Assembly (NCBI RefSeq): GCF_006345805.1
Contig: NC_043010.1
Coordinates: forward strand, 53,940,001 to 54,004,000
Reading direction: 5' to 3'
Origin: Octopus sinensis
Lineage: Eukaryota
DNA: 64,000 nucleotides
Positions within the stretch are counted from its first letter, which is position 1. Each line of letters opens with the position of its first letter. Positions 55,791 through 64,000 of the stretch are shown here, in pieces. The notes below the pieces were generated by a model that was not told where the DNA came from, did no database searches, and was given only the letters and a program-made list of their open reading frames with translations. The position numbers and the translations under genes are program-made.

Positions 55791-56486
55791 TCCCCTTCAC
55801 ACTTCTTTGTCTTCTGTTCATTCTTCACCTTTGTCTTCACTTTCTTCTTCCACTTCTCTTCCTCCTCCTCCTCCTCCTCTTCCTCCGTCTACTCTCCCTC
55901 CTCATGCTCCTCAACCAACTTCCACCTGCTCTTCGGTCCCACCCAAGTTTCTAGCTATACGCCATCATTTTGAATCATCCATTTCATAATGGTGGTACTT
56001 ATTTGATTTAAACATGCGCGCTAACAATTTAAGACACTACGATTTCTATTCCATTTCCATGCGGTTTGTTATTTTCCTAATATAGTTTTGTTTATTTAAA
56101 CTAAGTCTTCCATCTGCTCAAAAAAGTTCCCTGTCATCTTCTTGTCATTATTAAGTGTCTTTCCATTACTCTTACAACTATGATTGCTGTAAGAATCAAA
56201 GATATTGAGTGACAGAAACAGCAAAGAAAAGAAATCAGGGTATGTTTCTTACAATTCGGGTCAATTTATGGCTGTTCATGTCAATCTGTAAGCTTTTAGC
56301 TCCCAGATATATTTGTGTATATACTTCGTGATGGGAAATTTAGAAAGCGCTTCGATTTTCAAAGTTGTATGCAATTATGTGTGTATGTATGTTTGTAAGT
56401 ATGTATGTGTATATTGTGACTTATATATATATATATTATATTATATATATTATATTATATATATATATATAATATATATATATATA

Positions 56487-56597
56487 TTTATTATATAGAA
56501 GGAGCTTCTACAGGACTAGAACTGTTTCGTTCAAGAGTGAAGATTTCTCTTGAATGAAACAGTTCTAGTCCTGTAGAAGTTCCTTCTATATAATAAA
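56487..56597. repeat. Near-perfect fold-back, 51-bp arms, 9-nt loop
   Basis: Only two non-Watson-Crick positions, both G-U in the plus-strand RNA. Confidence 0.93.
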
Positions 56598-56663
56598 TTA
56601 ATTTTACTCTACTATGTATTGAGTACCTTATTTACTGTGGTTACCCCGAATCAACCCGGGACC

Positions 56664-56775
<112 letters not shown>

Positions 56776-56792
56776 ATATATATTTATACATA

Positions 56793-56830
<38 letters not shown>

Positions 56831-56831
56831 G

Positions 56832-56896
<65 letters not shown>

Positions 56897-56980
56897 AATA
56901 TATACATATATACCATGTTAACAGAACCATGTGCACACTTACATAGACATATTATATATATATAATATATATATATATAT

Positions 56981-57014
<34 letters not shown>

Positions 57015-57043
57015 ATATTCATATAGTGATATATCTTTATACA

Positions 57044-57904
57044 TACTGACCCGCCTGATCAAGACGACTTTCGGGCCGGGACCTATCGACAACTTCCAGA
57101 GATCCCTTGCCTGAAGTGCTATCGAGAAGCGCTACATGGTTGGAATAAGCTCTACAGGCATAGCTCTAGAAACATGGGGCCGACCTGCTCGAGATGCGGT
57201 TAGCGCGACGAAACCGTTCTGCACGCACTTGTGAACTGTCCAAACATTTCCGACCTGTGAACCTATGTCGAACGACTGCTATCGCGTTTGGGACGAGTCA
57301 ATTTATCAACCGAGTTTATCGTGAATATTGTCGCGCGTCCTTCCATGAAACCGGAAGGAAGAGACATTTTCATCGTACTTATGGTTATGGTGAAAGAATG
57401 CGTATGGAGGACGCGTCAGAAAGGTCTCGAGACACGCACTTTACTCTCTGGTGAATCTCTCATCAACTTCTTCAAGTATCACATGATGAGAAAGGTAAGA
57501 GTAGAGAGGGAAATTTTGTCTAGCGACTGTTTAAAAAAAAGATGGGTGAATGTAGCAAGGATGGCATGTGTGAACGACGGAGCCACCTCGAGCATAATCC
57601 TATGAGAAAAAAAGAAGGGGAAAAGAGAGTCACTTACTGTAATGTAGTTTTTTTTGCATGACATTATTGCCCAAGGTTACTGTGGTCTTTTCCTTAGGCT
57701 TTTCTTTCCTCAGTTAAACCTAATCTGTTTCTTTTTTTTACATTATGACATTTCTGTGATACACGATACCCATTGATCGGCCTTTTTTCCCTCAGATCAC
57801 TTTTGATCGAAATTCTGCCCCCCTTTTTCTCTTCTTCCCAAAAAGAAAAGCTCTACTTTGTATTTTGTCCCTTGTGTGTTCAGCCCTGTGTTGCCAATAA
57901 AGAT
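57044..57904 (+). mobile_element. Tx1 3' fragment (zinc-finger region plus 3'UTR), copy T3
   Basis: Homologous to T1 28471-29385 (TTFGPGPIDNFQRSL..., GPTCSRCG..DETVLHALVNC, INFFKYH...). Ends ...GCCAATAAAGA followed by (TACC)(TATC)n. Confidence 0.9.
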
Positions 57905-57914
57905 ACCTACCTAC

Positions 57915-57993
<79 letters not shown>

Positions 57994-57997
57994 AATA

Positions 57998-59252
57998 GAT
58001 CCATTATTTATTACCGCTTGACTGTCGTCCCTGGTCCTGTTTGGTTGTTGACCAAGTTGGTGGGCTTATTCTTCCGGTTTCTCGGTAAGGGGTGCATTCC
58101 ACTGGTTAAGCGCTCCATGCGTTGTCAACAGCTGCTGAATGGAGAGCTGGGCATGCTATGGTTACTGATGCGCAGACATGCGTTGAGGTTGCGGCATCTC
58201 CACCATCTCCTTGACGGTAACCAGTTGTGATCACTGTTTGTAAAAGACACATTTCCACAGATCGTCTGTTTCACTGAGTTGTAATCCTGGATTAGGCGTA
58301 GAACGAGATAGGGCGCTTGACACCTTGAGTGCCGTCAAACGTCCACAGCCCTTCACCAGGCAGGCAATGTGGTTGGTGGCAGTTCTACTATAACATTCTA
58401 TAGAGTGATAGTGGAGGGAAAGTGTGACGACGTTTGCGGGTAAAGTATAGGCGTCCATGAAGATCACCTATCCGGTCTGTTTCGGAGAACTTTCAGGCCT
58501 GGGCCTATGGATAACTTCCACAAACCACTTGCCTGGCAGTGTTACTGAGGAGAACTACCTGTTTGGAATAAACTTTACAGGCATGGAAGTACCGTCGGCC
58601 GAGCCCGCCTGAATTGTGCCAAGAAAAATAAAACCGTTCTGCATGCCCTAGTCCAGTTCCCGAGTATTGTTCACCTGTGGGTTTATGCCGAACACCTGCT
58701 GTCGCGTGACGGATCTGGCTATCGGCTGAGTCCATCGTGGAAATTTCGCTACCGCCCACTTTTGGCCGGGAGGGGCAGTCAATTTTTATTTGTCTAATGA
58801 CTGTACCGAAAGGGGTAGTATGGTGGACACGTTTGAAGTGTCTCATGATAAATACTTTCCACTGGACAATCTCTCACCAACTTCTCCAAGTTTAATTTGA
58901 AAAGGAAGCTGTGGGAGCAGAGGGAAGCGTTTCCTTCTAGCAAGTCTCTTGAAAGGTGGGTGACTGTTGGAAGAGTCTCCAGTGTTAATGGGCCAATTCT
59001 GAGCGGGCACTTGTAAAAAGAGAATCAAAGGAGAAGGATACTTGCCCTATTGTTCAGGCTCCTGAAACTTTTCTGGGTTTTTCCACGAGGACCTTTAAGT
59101 GCCACCCTTATTGGGAGTCATAATTTATTCAATTTTTTATTGTTATTAGATCGTCTACACGCGAAAACTCATTGTATCGATCTGTTTTGTCTTGTATGTT
59201 GTATGCCAATTAATGTTATTGTATATGAGCCCTTGTGGCTAATAAAAGAATA
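57998..59252 (+). mobile_element. Diverged Tx1 fragment (RT thumb to 3'UTR), copy T4
   Basis: Translates to TVVPGPV..LFFRFLGKGCIPLVKRSMRCQQLLNGELGMLWLLMRRHALRLRHL, matching T1, and ...RKLWEQREAFPSSKSLERWVTVGR. It starts directly after the (TATC)n tail of T3, has a different 3'UTR, and ends GCCCTTGTGGCTAATAAAAGAATAAA plus (TTA)n. Confidence 0.85.
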
Positions 59253-59253
59253 A

Positions 59254-59312
<59 letters not shown>

Positions 59313-59323
59313 GAGACGGCGAG

Positions 59324-59525
59324 CTGGTAGTATAATTAGCATGCCTTGTAAAACGCTTAGCATCAATTCGGCCGTCGCTGCGCTCTCGTTTCAAATTCCG
59401 CAGGGGGCGACTTTGCATTTCATCCTTTCGGGATCGATAAATTAAGTACCTGTTGCGTACTGGAGTTGATCAATCGACTAGGCCCTCACCCCCAAATGTC
59501 AAGCCTTTTGTCTATAGTAGAAAGG
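59324..59525 (+). mobile_element. SINE family B with alternative tail plus (TTA)n
   Basis: Same head and central domain; tail ...GCCTTTTGTCTATAGTAGAAAGGA(TTA)n. Confidence 0.85.
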
Positions 59526-59569
<44 letters not shown>

Positions 59570-59955
59570 CCTTCAGTAGTTTTATTTTTATATCGTGCTT
59601 TCATTTCACTACCGAGCGCAGCTCTGTGTGCCTTGGGTATGTGCTGTGGTTTGCTGTGATGCTCTTATGGTTACTGCATTGAAAGTGTTTTGCGTAGAAT
59701 GTCTGCAGTGCCTAGTAGTGCAATTTTCTGTATGTTATATGTGTTTGTAAGTCCTGGTGTTTTTGTTATGTATTTGCCAGAATATTGTTTTATCATACCT
59801 AATGCACCTACTATGATAGGAATTGTTTCTGTTTTTAGATTCCACATTCTAGTTACATTTATTTCCATGTTTTTGTATTTTGAAAGTTTCTCCATTTCTT
59901 TTAGAGGCACGTTGTCATCTGCTGGTATTGATACATCATTTAGAAAGCATTTTTT
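59570..59955 (-). mobile_element. Dong/R4-clade non-LTR retrotransposon 3' fragment (restriction-like endonuclease C-terminus plus 3'UTR) inside (TAA)n
   Basis: KCFLNDVSIPADDNVPLKEMEKLSKYKNMEINVTRMWNLKTETIPIIVGALGMI...QKIALLGTADILRKTL fits the RLE PD..D / KxxKY tail of R4-type LINEs. (TAA)n lies on both sides on the sense strand. Confidence 0.85.
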
Positions 59956-60023
<68 letters not shown>

Positions 60024-60027
60024 TATT

Positions 60028-60093
<66 letters not shown>

Positions 60094-60107
60094 GTTGTTA
60101 TTGTTAA

Positions 60108-60138
<31 letters not shown>

Positions 60139-60255
60139 ATCATTATTATTATTGTTGTTGTTGTTGTTGTAATTATTATTATTATTGTTGTTGTTGTTGT
60201 TGTTGTCGTTGTTGTTATCATTCTCGTCATTATCTTTATTATTGTTGTTGCTGTT
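59956..60255. repeat. Compound (TTA/TCA/TTG)n tract
   Basis: Direct reading; forms the 5' flank of the Dong-like fragment. Confidence 0.95.
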
Positions 60256-60824
60256 TCTTCTTCCGTAACCACCTTCTAAACAATAATACACCAATGTCAA
60301 AGCAGGTGAAGCCATTCAGATCTGATATAACTCTATTTGGCTTTCGTTGCTAGATAATATTTGATGTATTCCAATGGGCTACTTGAAATACAATATTTCT
60401 AAGAGATGGCCAGGTTTCAATTATTGTCTTTCTACGAGAGATTCCTTGATGTCCATTCTTCAATCTACCAAATTTCTAGCGTTTCTTTTCATCGCTCGAA
60501 CTATATTTAATTAACGTGGTTGCATTGTAATGTGTCTAGACTTCATAAAGGACAGGAAAAATACAGGAATAAGAAAGACATGAAATACGAATTGTTGGCT
60601 GTCTTAGTGATAAGCGACATCACCAACACCGCCATTATTTTGAATATCTGCCAGATAGAGAGACAGCAAGAAACATTGAGAGAGATTGAGGGAGGTGGGA
60701 GGAGATACACACATATAGAGTGAGAAAGAGGATGTGTGTGAGATAGACATGAATACCGAATGACAATGACCTTTTGAGAGAGTACATTACTTGCAAAAGT
60801 AATTGCGATGCAGTCATAATATCT

Positions 60825-61025
60825 GTTTCTTTATTACCCACAAGGGGCTAAACATAGAGGGGAAAACAAGGACAGACAAACGGAATAAGTACGTAGCTGG
60901 TACTTCATTTATCGATCCGGAAAGGATGAAAGGCAAAGTCAACCTCGGCATAATTTGAACTCAGAACGTAGCGAGAGGCGAAATGCCGCTAAGCATTTCG
61001 CCCGGCGATTTTGCCAGCTCGCCGC
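60825..61025 (-). mobile_element. SINE family B
   Basis: Reverse complement of the 35541 unit. Additional degenerate copies occur near 54130, 54470 and 62200. Confidence 0.88.
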
Positions 61026-61035
61026 GTTATATGTA

Positions 61036-61499
61036 GCACATAGGTAGATCGCATGTGCTGAAGCGCAAATAAGTTCGGAATTTTTGGAAAACTCGATAAT
61101 ACCCATATGTCATAGAATTTTGTGAGCTCAATCGGGCGTTTAAATCGAAATTCCCATAACGATATTATTTTTCCTGCAGCATTTGCATTTTTTATCTGAT
61201 TTTGGTGAAAATCGGTGTGTGAGTGAGGCTCTTGGCAGTGAGTAGAGAGCAGTGTATGGGGTTGACGAAAAATCGATAATTTAGCCTGAGCATTGGTTTT
61301 ATAAAATCGGTAGTCTTTTTGCATGAAAATACCCATAGAGATTTTATTTTTGGCCGTGAATTTATATTTGTTATCTGATTTTAATGACACTTGAGATGCA
61401 TGTAAATTGGCACGGGGAACGTAGAAAATTTCAATACAAGTCAGAGGTGGGCTTAACTTCAAGACGGAAAATACGAGCAACGCCGGGTCCATCAGCTAG
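61036..61499 (+). mobile_element. Non-autonomous Helitron, same family as 2543-3487, 5'-truncated
   Basis: Ends CGAGCAACGCCGGGTCCATCAGCTAG|T. The first about 200 bp and last about 100 bp are homologous to the reverse complement of 3230-3395 and 2543-2640. Confidence 0.82.
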
Positions 61500-62415
61500 T
61501 CTTCATATGTATATATTTGTATGTCGAATGTAACAAATTTAGAGATATATCATACTGGTTTCATATCTAGCGTGAACTAGACATATCATCAGTTTCTGGA
61601 AATAATAACAGTATATATATATATATGTGTGTGTGTCTGTGTCTGTGTGTCTGTGTGTGTGTTTATGTGTGTGTGTGCGTGTGTGTGTGTGCGTGTGTGT
61701 GTGTGCGTGTATGCATGTATATGTGTATTTCCACTCTCAGACATATGCACATGCGCAGGCGGGTTAAGCGTAATATGGCGTATAATTATGAATCTATACG
61801 TTTTGTCAACATATGTAATATTATGAAATATTCCATGAATGCAATAATAATGATTAAAGTTCTATCAAATTCCTTGGTGCTTACACAAAATGATAAAATC
61901 AATATTAATTTTCACCGAAAAGTACTTATCAACTTAAAACTAAATGAAATAAATTTCTCATTTCTCTATTTGCAGCAAATATTGAATTAGTTTTTAATTT
62001 TTTTTAATCATCGTAATGAAAAACGCATCTCTGCAAAATTTCGTAATAGGAAAGTATACTTTTCAGGAAGTTTTAAGAAGCCTCTTGTATAAACGTCTTC
62101 TCTGCTCTATTCTTTTCTCTTCAAGTAAATCGTGGCTGAAGAAATCGATTTCCCAGCCAACATTTATATAAGATAATATTGAATTTAAACTATAGATCAA
62201 GATCGGCAATGCTGCGGGAGAGGATACATCAATTACCTCTATCCCAGAGTTCAGCTGGTATTTATTTTATCGATCCCGAACCTATGTGATGTAAAGACTC
62301 AGAAGGTAAAGTCGGAAAAAGTGTGCTAGTCAACTAAGCCGGCTCGCTGCCTTATACGTTAGTTAGTTTTGAATAAAATCATAATCCCAATACACCCTCC
62401 CCTCATCTATCTCCC

Positions 62416-62449
<34 letters not shown>

Positions 62450-63077
62450 TTCACATATACACGCATGAACAGATCGACAAATTTTTAAAGTAGGTAAGGC
62501 TCTCTATGCAATTTAGTTTCGATGAAATTGGGGGTGACTAAATTATGAGCCAATTAATTTTTCTCGATGCACCTTTCTTTCAACGTTTTCCATATACCCA
62601 AATATGCTTCAGGCGTTATCACTCTGAAATTATATATATAACATGCGCATTGCTCTAAAACAGCATGTATGCTTATTTTACAGTTTAAATGTGGAGGTGA
62701 TAACTTATTCATAATTTCAGATCTTTGTTGACTGCTCTTCAGGATAAACATATCCCCACATCTTCTCACAATTCGTAGAAATAGAACGTCTAGCTCCTAT
62801 GTGAAGTAGCCCCAAATTAAGTTTGCACCATGTCAGACGGCCTAATTTGGTATATCTGTTGCAGGAGGGACGCTAGTACTTTAACTTCGAGAAAGAAACC
62901 AAGTAATTATCTACGAGAAATTGTAGAGGATACCCTTGTTTTCCTCCTTATCAACAGAAAAGAAAAAATGTGATTACAATCGAGAATTATGAACCCCCAG
63001 AATTTCCCTCAAACTTTTGGATGCACCCAAAGTTTGATTCAAGCGCTATCACACTGAAATTATTGCATGTAGTTAAG

Positions 63078-63109
<32 letters not shown>

Positions 63110-63194
63110 TGTATGTATGTATGTATGTATGTATGTATGTATGTATATACATATATATATATGTATATATGTATATACACATATATATATATAG

Positions 63195-63697
63195 ATTAGA
63201 TGCCAATCGCGCCAATCTGGAGGGTCTTAGAGCTCCCTTGAATCGAAAAAAATCACTCTTCTCACCATAGCAACCGCACCTTTTCAGTTGACGAGTTTTA
63301 ACCTACTCAACACTCTGCCCCATCACGCCTTCTATTTTCAGCTCGATCCGACCACTTGTCAGGCTTCCAATCTCTGACGTAGCAAAATGTGCACATAATT
63401 TTGACCCAAAACCTCTTTTATATATATAGATTAAGCACAACAGCCTGAAGTGCATGCCGCTGGGCATTAAAAGTCAATCGCACAAACCTTGAATCGATAA
63501 AAAATTACACTTTTTGCCATCGCAACCACATCTTTATAGCTTGCGAATTTTAACCATCGCGGGTCTCATCCTCACCACGTATTTAGTATCCCTGCCAATT
63601 TTCAGCTCAATCCTCGCCCCGGTTTGACAACCAGTAACCGTCAAAATAAAATGTGCATACAATTTTCGTCCAAGGACTGTTTTAGAGATATAGGTAA
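63195..63697 (-). mobile_element. Two adjacent Helitron-like 5'-end fragments
   Basis: Two related units (CAATTTTCAGCTC..., AAAATGTGCA.A.AATTTT) ending TTTTATATATATAGAT and TTTTAGAGATATAGGT, as at the 5' ends of the other Helitrons. No CTAG terminus was seen. Confidence 0.45.
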
Positions 63698-64000
63698 CAT
63701 TAATGTTGGCTTTAAAATGAAAAATAATGGTGTTAGCACTTACATATTGAAAGAGTTACAATAGATTTCTTTGCATAGAAGCTTGATATCTTTTCTAACG
63801 ATTTAAAGAATTGATTGAGCAACCAAAGTAGCTGCTAAATATCTCTTTATGTTAATAAATGCGAGCTAATATAATCTGTTTAACTCTTTCAATAGGTAAA
63901 ACCACAATGGTATTATTTGTATGGAAATAGCGTCATCTTTGTTTTGATTTAGAAAGGAGAATAAATGAAACTAATTTTCTTTCTAATAATATTTTGTTCT

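Noticed and set aside
55418-55989. Poly-Val and Pro/Ser-rich ORFs
   Set aside because: (CTA)n and (CCT)n repeats; not supported as coding.
59671-60315. 214-aa poly-Asn ORF as a host or de novo gene
   Set aside because: The C-terminal 93 aa are the Dong/R4 endonuclease tail. The poly-N is (AAT)n, which is open in two of three frames, so in-frame fusion to an upstream ATG is expected by chance.

Overview
This is AT-rich eukaryotic (animal) genomic DNA, extremely rich in microsatellites: (TA)n, (CA)n, (TATC)n, (TAA)n and (CTA)n. The SINE families and the mix of Tx1, RTE, Dong/R4, Penelope, Helitron and mariner remnants look like an octopus (coleoid cephalopod) genome; this is inferred from recognition, not a database result. 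No complete host protein-coding gene is visible, and almost all ORF-track entries are microsatellite artefacts. Well-supported content: one initiator tRNA-Met gene (36527-36598, minus strand); four 5'-truncated Tx1/L1-clade LINE copies (the longest has a 345-aa RT ORF); a Dong/R4-type restriction-like endonuclease fragment inside (TAA)n; an RTE fragment; a Penelope fragment; several non-autonomous Helitrons (one with a Pif1 helicase fragment); a mariner MITE; many tRNA-derived SINEs of at least four families; and six fold-back palindromes. The most interesting observations are: (1) apparent (TATC)n-microsatellite target specificity of the Tx1 family; (2) a SINE family whose 3' tail matches that Tx1's 3' end, making it a candidate SINE-LINE partner pair; (3) a nested microsatellite/retroelement insertion hotspot at 57-61.5 kb; (4) the fold-back hairpins; and (5) a tentative, unverified chain of frame-compatible minus-strand micro-exons, suggesting the window may lie inside a large-intron gene.
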